This document shows, in pieces, positions 42,104 to 51,660 of a DNA stretch of 64,000 bases. Positions within the stretch are counted from its first letter, which is position 1. Every line of letters begins with the position of its first letter. The notes under the pieces are model-generated. The model saw nothing but the letters and a program-made list of their open reading frames with translations. It was not told the DNA's origin and made no database searches. This DNA is from an uncultured Methanoregulaceae archaeon (lineage in GTDB: Archaea > Halobacteriota > Methanomicrobia > Methanomicrobiales > Methanospirillaceae): the NCBI GenBank assembly GCA_963841015.1, contig CAWJAX010000005.1, positions 288,001-352,000 on the forward strand, read 5' to 3'. Position numbers and translations under genes: made by a program.

Positions 42104-43332
42104 CTTCATAGAGAAAATGCGGGAACATGAACTTGTTATTGATGTAGAAGAGCCCGTTTCAGCTGATATGGAGGCGCCAAGGATGGCGGCCTCAACAGAC
42201 AAACTCCTGTTTTTCCATAAGATCGAAGGAGCCCGGGCAGTTATGAACCTCACCGCGAGCCGTCGCGCTCTCTCCATTGCTCTCGCCATGGATGAGAAGA
42301 GGATGGTAAAAACGCTTGCCGATGCAAAATTTGATGGGAAAGTAACAACGGCAGGCAGTATCACGATGAAAAAACCCGATCTCTCAATAATTCCCATCAT
42401 GCACCATTTCCCCAAGGACGCCGGGAAGTATCTTACCTCGGGGATTGTTTTCTCATGTTTTGACGGTGTTGAAAATGCATCCATTCACCGGATGCAGGTA
42501 CTGGACAACCACCGGGTTGCCGCACGTCTTGTTGAAGGGAGGCATACGCATGTGATGCTGGGAAGAGCATTGGCAAAGGGCGAGAAACTCCCTATTGCGG
42601 TTACCCTCGGGACACACCCGGCGGTGACATTTGCCAGCTGCACCCGTGTCCCCCCCGGGATGGAACTTGGTTTTGCAGCTGAACTTCTGGGAGGTGAAAT
42701 GACCGTCCGGCAGTGCGGGAATGGTGTCCTTGTGCCGGATGCTGAGATCGTCTTGGAAGGATATATAGGGGGGGAAGTCACTGAGGAGGGACCGTTTGTT
42801 GATATTACCGGAACCTATGACCCCGTGAGACGCCAACCGGTGATTGAATTTACCGGTATGCACCTTAAACCTGACTTTATCTATCATGGTATTCTTCCTG
42901 GTGGTGATGAACATAAAATGCTTATGGGTGCACCCTATGAACCGAAAATTTATCGGGCGGTCAGCCGGAGTGACTGAAGTCAGGAACGTCGTGCTGACCA
43001 AAGGTGGTTGCGGCTATCTCCATGCGGTGATCCAGATTAAAAAAAGTACGCAGGGCGATGCAAAAAATGCAATTATGGCTGCATTTGCCGCTCACACATC
43101 TTTAAAACACGTTGTGATTGTAGACGAGGATATCGATCCCAATGATCCCGTTGACGTTGAGTATGCAATTGCAACCCGCGTAAGCGGTGACCGGGATGTT
43201 ATGGTAATCACGGGTGTCCGGGGTTCATCACTCGATCCATGCCAGCTTGAGGATGGAACGAATGTGAAAGTCGGGGTCGATGCGACCATGGTGCTTGGAC
43301 GCGAGGATGATTTTTCGCGTGCGACCTGGTGA
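42096..43332 (+). CDS. ubiD: UbiD-family decarboxylase (likely anhydromevalonate phosphate decarboxylase); +1 frameshift at about 42962
   Basis: [27 protein letters not shown]; then [21 protein letters not shown] in the next frame. Adjacent to ubiX and acnX. Confidence 0.88.
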
Positions 43333-44501
43333 ACCAGATGTTCCTCTCTCCTGACGAAGAGAAGATGCTTGCCGGCGAGAACGGTGAGACCCTTCAAAAG
43401 ATGCTTGAACTTCTCGTAGCTCTGGGAAAGGTCTTTGGTGCCGAGCGTCTTGTCAGGATCAGAAGTGCTCAGATCAGCGGGGCTTCCTATAAAACAATTG
43501 GTGAATACGGGCTTGCATGGCTCTCGAGTCTTGATGCCCGTGCAGTAGTCCCGGCGGTGTTGAACCCCATTGGCATGCCGCGTGGACGCTGGAAGGAAAT
43601 GGGTATCGAACCCGGGTTTGCAGCGCGACAGCAGGCAGTGATCGCGGCATATGAACGGCTTGGGGTGAACCTTGAATGTACCTGCACTCCGTATTACCTG
43701 CATGAAACCTCCTTTGGCGATCATCTTGCATGGTCGGAATCATCAGCGGTCAGTTACGCAAACTCGGTCATCGGGGCACGGACAAACCGGGAGGGGGGGC
43801 CAGGTGCGCTTGCTGCAGCCCTGGTTGGAAAAACCCCCTGTTATGGGTTGCATCTTGATAAAAACCGTACACCCGATGTGGTCATCGAAATAAATTCCGA
43901 TGAAAAAGACTGGGGCATTGCCCGTTATGGTGCGCTTGGCTATCATACCGGGAAGCTGGTGGGAAATAAAATACCGTATTTTCTGGGTATTATTCCCAAT
44001 CATGACCAGCTGAAAGCACTCGGTGCTGCAATGGCGGCAACCGGGGCGGTGGCTCTCTATCATGTCAATGATGTAACCCCGGAGGCGAAGAAGAACCAGT
44101 ATAATATTTCAGACCTTGAGGTCATCAGTATCGAACCAGCTGATATTGACCAGCTTTTTACCGACATTCCTGTTGACGCAGTCGCTGTTGGCTGTCCGCA
44201 CTGCTCACCCGATGAACTTATTGAAATAGCCCGGCTCCTGAAAGGGAAAACCGTCACAAAACCTCTCTATATCTTTGCCGCACAGGGAGTTATTGGTTTC
44301 AATCGTGTGATCATCGATAAAATAGAGAAAAGTGGTGCGCGGGTTTATGCCGACACCTGTATGGTGGTCTCACCGGTAATGGAACAATACCCGGCAATTA
44401 TGGTAAACAGCGGTAAAGCGCTGGCCTATGTACCAGATATGTGCGGTGCGGTTGCCCGAATTGGCTCGATTGAAGAGTGCGTGGCCGTAGCAACCTCTTA
44501 A
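43329..44501 (+). CDS. Aconitase X catalytic subunit (likely phosphomevalonate dehydratase large subunit)
   Basis: [51 protein letters not shown]. Confidence 0.9.
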   Translation: MNQMFLSPDEEKMLAGENGETLQKMLELLVALGKVFGAERLVRIRSAQISGASYKTIGEYGLAWLSSLDARAVVPAVLNPIGMPRGRWKEMGIEPGFAARQQAVIAAYERLGVNLECTCTPYYLHETSFGDHLAWSESSAVSYANSVIGARTNREGGPGALAAALVGKTPCYGLHLDKNRTPDVVIEINSDEKDWGIARYGALGYHTGKLVGNKIPYFLGIIPNHDQLKALGAAMAATGAVALYHVNDVTPEAKKNQYNISDLEVISIEPADIDQLFTDIPVDAVAVGCPHCSPDELIEIARLLKGKTVTKPLYIFAAQGVIGFNRVIIDKIEKSGARVYADTCMVVSPVMEQYPAIMVNSGKALAYVPDMCGAVARIGSIEECVAVATS

Positions 44502-44572
44502 TCTGAGGTATCTTGTTCCAGACAATTTTTGAATAATACAGTTTTTAAGCTAATATTGAACAAAAAAGAAAG

Positions 44573-44920
44573 TTATTCCTTGATTGAGAGAAGAATTTTT
44601 TTTATCTCTGCAACCGCAGCCGGTTCCGGATTCTTTCCCGGGCCAACACCCTCCCCGTAGGAAAGGATTTTCCGGACATCATTTTTTTTCATATTGCCAA
44701 AGGGTACATCAGCCCAGATTTTCTGATCAATTACATTCCAGGTGCATTGCAACAGGTGCCCGAGGAGATCAATATCTTCACGGGTAAACGAACTCCACTC
44801 AGTTCCTACCCCATGTTTTATTTTTTTTATTGCCTCTTCCACACTCTTTTCACGGTGAACATGGTACATCCGTCTTCCAATCTCTTTCTGCGAAACATCC
44901 GGCATTGTGTTCTCCTCCAT
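44573..44920 (-). CDS. Hypothetical protein, paralog of 45094..45423
   Basis: 29 of 75 residues identical, ungapped, to the divergent neighbour (manual alignment). Confidence 0.8.
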   Translation of the reverse strand: MEENTMPDVSQKEIGRRMYHVHREKSVEEAIKKIKHGVGTEWSSFTREDIDLLGHLLQCTWNVIDQKIWADVPFGNMKKNDVRKILSYGEGVGPGKNPEPAAVAEIKKILLSIKE

Positions 44921-45093
44921 TTATTCATTTGGGGATGATGAATCAATTCCATTCCCTGTCTATATACTTTGTGGCGAACAATACAGCACCCGGGTCCATT
45001 GCTGATAGATAATAGAAAAATTTTCCTGATAAAAGCAGAAATGCGGAAAACAATATTAACCAGTAACGGAATACTTCCCACAAATCATAACCC

Positions 45094-45423
45094 ATGTACG
45101 GAACCACCGATGATACTCTGGGAAGAAGGCTTTTCCAGGTACAGAAAGAAAAAGCAGTCGAAGATGCTTTGGAGAAGATACGGCATACAACAGGAACCGA
45201 GTGGAATTCGGTTTCCTCGTCCGATTCTGAGGTTCTTAAAGAGATTCTGGGGGAAGTATGGACATCTATCGACCGACATCAATGGGGGAACTATAGTTTC
45301 TCAAAATTATCAATAAATGATATCCGTTCCCTGATCACTATCGGAAAAACGGTGAAAGCCAAACCCCCCTTGACGAATGATATGCTGAAGCTGCTAGATA
45401 ATATATTAAGTAATAGAATATAA
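45094..45423 (+). CDS. Hypothetical protein, paralog of 44573..44920
   Basis: Shared GRR...V..EK.VE.A..KI.H..GTEW.S motif; lies directly upstream of atpK. Confidence 0.8.
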   Translation: MYGTTDDTLGRRLFQVQKEKAVEDALEKIRHTTGTEWNSVSSSDSEVLKEILGEVWTSIDRHQWGNYSFSKLSINDIRSLITIGKTVKAKPPLTNDMLKLLDNILSNRI

Positions 45424-45535
45424 TTAAATTTATTAAAATCTCTTTTCATACAGCCCGAAATTCATCATGATTCTACACGATACTTTTATGCTGGATGACC
45501 TGTTAGGATACTATCATTCAGGGGAGGATAAAAAA

Positions 45536-45754
45536 ATGGTTGGTTGGGAGGTTCCTATTGGTGCAGCAATCGCCTTTGCCGCAGGAGCGATTGCAACAGG
45601 ATGGGCACAGTCACGGATTGGTGCTGCCGGAGCAGGAGCAATTGCGGAAAAACCTGAGACCGCAGGTTCAATCATCATTATCGAAGCGATCCCGGAAACA
45701 CTGGTCATCCTGGGATTTGTGATTGCATCGATGATCATCCTGATGGTCAAATAA
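45536..45754 (+). CDS. atpK: A/V-type ATPase subunit K/c (single hairpin)
   Basis: AQSRIGAAGAGAIAEKP..IPETLVILG; SD GGGGAGG before ATG 45536. Confidence 0.92.
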   Translation: MVGWEVPIGAAIAFAAGAIATGWAQSRIGAAGAGAIAEKPETAGSIIIIEAIPETLVILGFVIASMIILMVK

Positions 45755-45894
45755 TCTGACAACAGTAGCAGCCAAGTGTCACATCGCGTTCCCGAATTCA
45801 ACAACTTTTCTCCGGGCTCCCGAACCGGGAATAAACGGGAGCATTCCAGGCACCTCTGGTCATGGAGGAGTCATTAACATAAGCGGGTGAAGCA

Positions 45895-46479
45895 ATGGCA
45901 TACGAAAACCTGTTAAAATCTGTTGATGAGAGCGCGCAGGAAAAGGAGCGCGAGCTCAGAGAAAAAGCACGCAGTGCTGTAGAATTAATCTCTCAGGATA
46001 CCAAGAATCAGGTAACTGAGATACAACAGTTGCTTCTGGCAGAGGCAAAAAAGGCTGCTACCATTGAGAAAAATAAACTTTTCTATCTCACAAAAGGCGA
46101 GAATAAGGAAAAACTGATCAAAACAAAACAGGGGATCTTTTCAACAGCATCTGCTGAAGCGGAACAGCGTCTCTCACACGTACGAAAGGATCCGAAGTAT
46201 CCGGATATCTTAAAAAAACTTACTATCGAAGCAGTCGGAGCTCTTGAAGGAGAGACATTCCGTATCCACATTGACAAACGGGACGAAAAGCTCATAAAAA
46301 AGATACTATCCGAATTACATCTGTCAGGAGAAGTCATTGCGGATCTCACTTGTTCCGGTGGTCTTGTTGTCAGCACACAGAATGAATCCATAAAAATATC
46401 AAATACTTTTGAATCACGCCTGGAGAGGGTAAAAGAACAAAAAAAACTCGAAATCTATGCAGTCCTGTACGGTGATTGA
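45895..46479 (+). CDS. atpE: A/V-type ATPase subunit E
   Basis: N-terminal coiled coil; GGLVV...NTFESRL. Confidence 0.9.
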   Translation: MAYENLLKSVDESAQEKERELREKARSAVELISQDTKNQVTEIQQLLLAEAKKAATIEKNKLFYLTKGENKEKLIKTKQGIFSTASAEAEQRLSHVRKDPKYPDILKKLTIEAVGALEGETFRIHIDKRDEKLIKKILSELHLSGEVIADLTCSGGLVVSTQNESIKISNTFESRLERVKEQKKLEIYAVLYGD

Positions 46480-46480
46480 C

Positions 46481-47530
46481 ATGGATTACGGGTATGTGAA
46501 TGCACGAATCCGCGGAATGAAAAGCCGTCTCCTTGACCGTCACACACTCGAAGATTTGATTTTTCAACCCGATCTCGATTCTCTGATTTCTGATCTTGAA
46601 AAAACCCCTTATAAGGAGGATATTATAGAGTCAAAAGTCCTGTACCAGGGAGTCCTTTGTATCGAATATGCATTGAGAAAAAATTTTGTCAGAACATTCC
46701 AGAAAATCCTCGAGTATGTCAGGGAAAGCGAAGCAGAACGGTTTATCAGGATATTCCTGCACCGCTGGGATGTCCAGAACATAAAAACCATTCTCCGTGG
46801 CAAAAATATCCACATCACCAATGATGAAATTCTCGATTGTCTTGTACCCGCCGGCGAACTTGATGAGGTGACACTCAACGAACTTGTCCGGCAGCCTGAT
46901 GTCAGGGCAGTCATCGATATGCTTGCAACCTGGGAAATCGTGTATGCAAAACCCTTAACCGAAAAATTTCCTGAGTATTTTGAAAAAAGTGATCTTGCCG
47001 TGCTTGAATGTGCACTTGATAAATATTATTATAAGGATGCCCTGGAGTCGGTAAAAACCACGTCCTATAACACTATGCTGATCCGTAATATCCTCGCAAC
47101 AGAGATTGACGTTGTAAACCTCAGGACCATTTTTCGCATGATCCGCGACCACGTTGATAGTGAAGAAGCACAGGAATTTCTGATAGAGGGAGGCAAGGAA
47201 CTACCTCTGAAAAAATTACATCAATTTATTGCACTGCATTCTATTGAAGATGTCCTCAAAGAACTGGAACAAACCCCGTACCGGTTCCTTGCAGAGGTTC
47301 CCGAAATTGCCATAAAAACACAAAAAATTTCCGTCATCGAAAAGCAACTGGAAAAATTCCTGGTAAAAAAAGGAGTAAATGCATTTTCAGGAGATCCCCT
47401 GAGTATTGCCTCAGTTATCGGATATTTCTGGGCAAAGTATAACGAAATAACCAATATCCGGATTATTTCACGGTGTAAAACGGTGGATCTCCCTGATGAA
47501 CAGCTCAAAGAGGAACTGGTGTATGTATAA
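46481..47530 (+). CDS. atpC: A/V-type ATPase subunit C
   Basis: YGYVNARIRGMKSRLL, WDVQNIKTILRGK, EITNIRIISR. Confidence 0.93.
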   Translation: MDYGYVNARIRGMKSRLLDRHTLEDLIFQPDLDSLISDLEKTPYKEDIIESKVLYQGVLCIEYALRKNFVRTFQKILEYVRESEAERFIRIFLHRWDVQNIKTILRGKNIHITNDEILDCLVPAGELDEVTLNELVRQPDVRAVIDMLATWEIVYAKPLTEKFPEYFEKSDLAVLECALDKYYYKDALESVKTTSYNTMLIRNILATEIDVVNLRTIFRMIRDHVDSEEAQEFLIEGGKELPLKKLHQFIALHSIEDVLKELEQTPYRFLAEVPEIAIKTQKISVIEKQLEKFLVKKGVNAFSGDPLSIASVIGYFWAKYNEITNIRIISRCKTVDLPDEQLKEELVYV

Positions 47531-47843
47531 ATTTGTCATCGTAACGGATAGCGATCGTGCTTCAGGGTTCCGGCTGGCAGGAGTTGAAGTGCTGGAAGCG
47601 GGCAGTTTGGAGGAAGCGAAAAAAGTAATTTCGCCTCTGTTATACAAAGACGATATCGGGATCGTCGCGGTAAACGAGGAGTACATGCTCACCCTTGATG
47701 AGAAACTGATGACCCGTATTGAAAAACTGGCCCGCCCGCTCATCATCCCCATCCCTTCGAAATCAAAGGAACTCGACAGGAGATCGTATATCGAGCGGCT
47801 TTTACGAAAGGCAATTGGTTACAACATCGTCCTGAGGAGGTGA
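47523..47843 (+). CDS. atpF: A/V-type ATPase subunit F
   Basis: D...GFRLAGV, D.GI, P....IP, RKAIGY. Confidence 0.93.
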   Translation: MYKFVIVTDSDRASGFRLAGVEVLEAGSLEEAKKVISPLLYKDDIGIVAVNEEYMLTLDEKLMTRIEKLARPLIIPIPSKSKELDRRSYIERLLRKAIGYNIVLRR

Positions 47844-47847
47844 AGGT

Positions 47848-49587
47848 ATGATTTCTGGCACAATCTCGAGAATTTCCGGCCCTGTCATCATCGCCCGCGA
47901 AATGAACGGGTCAAAAATGTATGATGTGGTCAAAGTTGGCAATGAGGAGTTGAGAGGGGAGATTATTCGCCTGGAAGGTAACAACGCGGTTATCCAGGTT
48001 TATGAAGATACGACCGGACTAACCCTCGGTGAAAAAGTAGAGAATACGGAGACCCCCCTCTCCGTTGAACTCGGCCCTGGTCTTCTCGCCTCAATTTATG
48101 ACGGTGTACAGCGTCCGCTTCCGGTCCTCCTTGAAAAATGCGGGAATTTTATTGAACGGGGGATCTCGGCCCCTGGACTTGACCGTCAGAAGAAATGGGA
48201 GTTTTTTGCGTCAGTAAAAAAAGGTGACACACTCTTTGAAGGTGACGTGATCGGGATTGTCAGGGAATTTCATTTTGAGCACAGGATCCTTGTGCCCCCT
48301 AAAATCTCCGGTAAGGTGACCACGATTAATACCGGGTCGTTTACAGTCGAAGAGATCATTTGTGTCCTGGATGATAAGATCCCGTTGTCTATGATGCAGG
48401 TCTGGCCGGTCAGGATCCCGCGACCAATACAAAAAAAGCTGGATCCCATACTGCCCCTGATCACCGGCCAGAGAGTGTTTGATTGTATTTTCCCTGTCAC
48501 AAAAGGGGGTACAGCTATGATTCCGGGCGGTTTTGGAACTGGAAAGACCGTATCGGAACAGACCCTTGCCAAGTGGTCCGATACACAGATCGTGGTTTAT
48601 ATCGGGTGTGGGGAACGGGGGAATGAGATGACTGATGTCCTGGCCGAATTCCCGGAACTTATCGATCCACGGACAAATCTCCCGCTTATCGAACGTACGA
48701 TTCTTATCGCAAACACTTCTAATATGCCGGTTGCTGCCCGTGAGGCATCGATTTATACGGGGATTACCATCGCAGAGTATTTCCGGGATATGGGGTACGA
48801 TGTTGCGCTGATGGCTGATTCAACGTCACGTTGGGGTGAGGCACTGCGTGAAGTATCCGGACGACTGGAAGAGATGCCCGGTGAGGAAGGCTATCCTGCT
48901 TACCTCGCCACACGACTTTCCGCTTTTTATGAACGCGCAGGCAGGGTAGTGTGTATCGGTGCGGGGGAAAGAACGGGCTCTGTTACTGTTGTCGGTGCAG
49001 TATCACCTCCCGGGGGAGACTTCTCTGAGCCAATCACCCAGAACACATTGCGGGTTGTCGGTACATTCTGGGCACTGGATACCAACCTCGCCTACCGCAG
49101 GCACTTCCCCTCGGTCAACTGGATAAAAAGTTACTCCCTGTATCTTGACAGTATCGGGGATTGGTATGTCGAGCATGTAGCAAAAGACTGGCGGGAGCTC
49201 AGGGAAAAAACCATGTACCTTTTACAAAAAGAAGTCGAACTCCAGGAAATCGTCCAGCTGGTTGGCCCGGATGCTTTGCCTGAGAGCGAAAAGGCAATTC
49301 TTGAAGTAACGAGAATGATACGCGAGGACTTCCTCCAGCAGAGCGCCTATAGCGACACCGATTCGTTCTGTCCCATGGAAAAGCAGTATCTGATGCTCAA
49401 GGTGATTATGACGTACTTTTCCCAGGTCAATGAGGTTATGAACCGGGGAATCTCATTAAAACAAATCCAGTCACTTCCCCTTAAAACAAACATAGGGCGG
49501 ATGAAAGATATCCAGGTTCTTGAAAACATCAGGAAAATGATTGATGATGTCAGCCAGGAGCTCGCAACACTTGAGGTGGAAAAATGA
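47848..49587 (+). CDS. atpA: A/V-type ATPase subunit A
   Basis: PGGFGTGKT, GCGERGNEM, NTSNMPVAAREAS, EEMPGEEGYPAYL; no intein. Confidence 0.98.
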   Translation: MISGTISRISGPVIIAREMNGSKMYDVVKVGNEELRGEIIRLEGNNAVIQVYEDTTGLTLGEKVENTETPLSVELGPGLLASIYDGVQRPLPVLLEKCGNFIERGISAPGLDRQKKWEFFASVKKGDTLFEGDVIGIVREFHFEHRILVPPKISGKVTTINTGSFTVEEIICVLDDKIPLSMMQVWPVRIPRPIQKKLDPILPLITGQRVFDCIFPVTKGGTAMIPGGFGTGKTVSEQTLAKWSDTQIVVYIGCGERGNEMTDVLAEFPELIDPRTNLPLIERTILIANTSNMPVAAREASIYTGITIAEYFRDMGYDVALMADSTSRWGEALREVSGRLEEMPGEEGYPAYLATRLSAFYERAGRVVCIGAGERTGSVTVVGAVSPPGGDFSEPITQNTLRVVGTFWALDTNLAYRRHFPSVNWIKSYSLYLDSIGDWYVEHVAKDWRELREKTMYLLQKEVELQEIVQLVGPDALPESEKAILEVTRMIREDFLQQSAYSDTDSFCPMEKQYLMLKVIMTYFSQVNEVMNRGISLKQIQSLPLKTNIGRMKDIQVLENIRKMIDDVSQELATLEVEK

Positions 49588-50986
49588 AGCAGGCATCCCT
49601 TCTCACCAAAGATTACCAGACTATCACTTATGTATCAGGTCCCCTGATATTTGTCAGCAATGTTAAAGGGGCCTCATTTGGCGAGATCGTCAGGATTTTT
49701 CTTAAGGATGGTGATGAACGGACCGGGCAGGTTCTAGACATCTCCGAAGAAATGGCCGTCATCCAGGTATTTGAGGGTACACGGGGCATTGACACCCAGG
49801 TAACGAAGGTCCGGTTCACCGGCGAACCCGCCCGGATCAATGTATCCCTCGATATGCTGGGCCGTGTGTTCAATGGTGTTGGCAAGGCGCGTGATGGAGG
49901 CCCGGATATTATACCGGAATCCGCTCTTGATATCGCCGGAACCCCTATAAATCCCTCAGCCCGGGATAAACCTGCAGATTTCATACAGACCGGTATGTCC
50001 ACGATAGACGGTCTGAATACCCTTGTACGGGTCAGAAGCTGCCCATCTTCTCCGGCTCCGGTCTGCCCGCCAGCAAACTTGCTGCACAGATTGCCCGACA
50101 GGCTAAAGTCCTTGGCGAGGGCGAGCAGTTTGCGGTCGTTTTTGTGGCTATGGGAATCACTCATAAAGAAGCCTCCTTCTTCATACGGGATTTTGAAAGC
50201 ACCGGCGCGTTGGAACGTGTGGTCTTTTTCATGAACCTGGCAGATGATCCAACGGTTGAACGCCTGGCAGCACCTCGCTGCGGGCTTACGGTTGCTGAAT
50301 TTCTGGCATTCACCCACAACCTTCATGTGCTGGTGATCCTGACGGACATGATCAATTACTGTGAAGCCCTCCGGGAGATCTCTACAGCCCGCGAAGAAGT
50401 GCCTGGCAGGCGGGGGTATCCTGGCTACATGTATACCGATCTTTCATCTATTTATGAGCGGGCCGGCAGGCTGAAAGGAAAGACCGGTTCCATCACCCAA
50501 ATTCCCATCCTGACGATGCCGGATGATGATATTACCCATCCCGTCCCTGATCTGACCGGATATATTACCGAAGGGCAGATTGTTCTCTCCCGTGACCTGT
50601 ATCGCAGGGGTGCGGACCCGCCGGTTGATGCGCTACCCTGCCTTTCAAGGCTTATGAATCTGGGGATAGGTCCGGGAAAAACCCGGGAAGACCACCGGGG
50701 GGTTGCTGACCAGCTGTATGCATCCTATGCCTATGGGAGAGACCTCCGCAGGCTCGTGGCCATAGTCGGGGAAGAAGCCCTCACTGAGATGGACAAAAAA
50801 TACCTGAAGTTTGCAGATGAGATAGAAAAAAATTTCATCTCTCAAGGGGATGAAGATCGCTCCATTGAAAAAACTCTTTCGATTGCCTGGGACCTCTTTG
50901 CTATTCTCCCGGAAGTTGAGCTCAAGCGGATTAAACGTGAGTATATCAAAAAATATCACCCTGCGCATAAAGGAAAGGAAGGATGA
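49584..50986 (+). CDS. atpB: A/V-type ATPase subunit B; 1-nt deletion in G-run at 50029-50031
   Basis: The invariant [12 protein letters not shown] is restored by adding one [18 protein letters not shown] and [11 protein letters not shown] follow. Confidence 0.95.
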
Positions 50987-50989
50987 GCT

Positions 50990-51649
50990 ATGGAGCAGGT
51001 AAAACCGACAAGAATGGAGCTGATGAAAAAAAAGGCCCAGATAAAACTTGCAGAACAGGGTCGGGATCTCCTGCGGGAAAAAATGGATGCACTCATACAG
51101 GAATTTTTTAAAATCCTGACCACCGTTTCAAACTCCAGAGAAGAGCTTGAGCAGGTTTCCCGCGCCGCGGACCTTGCCCTCCTGATAGCGCAGTCCGTTG
51201 ATGACCCGGTTGCATTAAAATCAGCATCCTTTGCTACCCGCAAATCGATTACCGTAGATATCAGCGGGAAAAACATTATGGGGGTACCTGTTCCGGTTAT
51301 TGAGAAAAAACGCGTCTCAAAAAGCATGATGGAGAGGGGATACGGTATCATATCAACAAGTGGCAGAATCGATGAAACTGCGGAGCGATTTGAAGCTGAA
51401 CTTGATCTTCTCATTGAGCTGGCTGAAACAGAAACTGCCATGAGAAGACTTGGTACAGAAATCCAGATGAACAGGCGTCGGGTGAACGCTCTTGAACAGA
51501 TCCTGATACCTGAATTGAAAAACCAGGCAAAGTATATTAAAAATGCAATTGAGGAGCGCGAGAGAGAGGATCTGTTCAGACTGAAGAAAGTAAAAACGAT
51601 TATAGAAAGAAAGAAAAAAGCTGCAAAGAAAAAACTCTCTCACCCATAA
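50990..51649 (+). CDS. atpD: A/V-type ATPase subunit D
   Basis: KPTRMEL, G.DLL..K.DAL, NIMGVPVP, RRRVNALE, EERERED. Confidence 0.96.
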   Translation: MEQVKPTRMELMKKKAQIKLAEQGRDLLREKMDALIQEFFKILTTVSNSREELEQVSRAADLALLIAQSVDDPVALKSASFATRKSITVDISGKNIMGVPVPVIEKKRVSKSMMERGYGIISTSGRIDETAERFEAELDLLIELAETETAMRRLGTEIQMNRRRVNALEQILIPELKNQAKYIKNAIEEREREDLFRLKKVKTIIERKKKAAKKKLSHP

Positions 51650-51660
51650 CAGAGCGCCGG

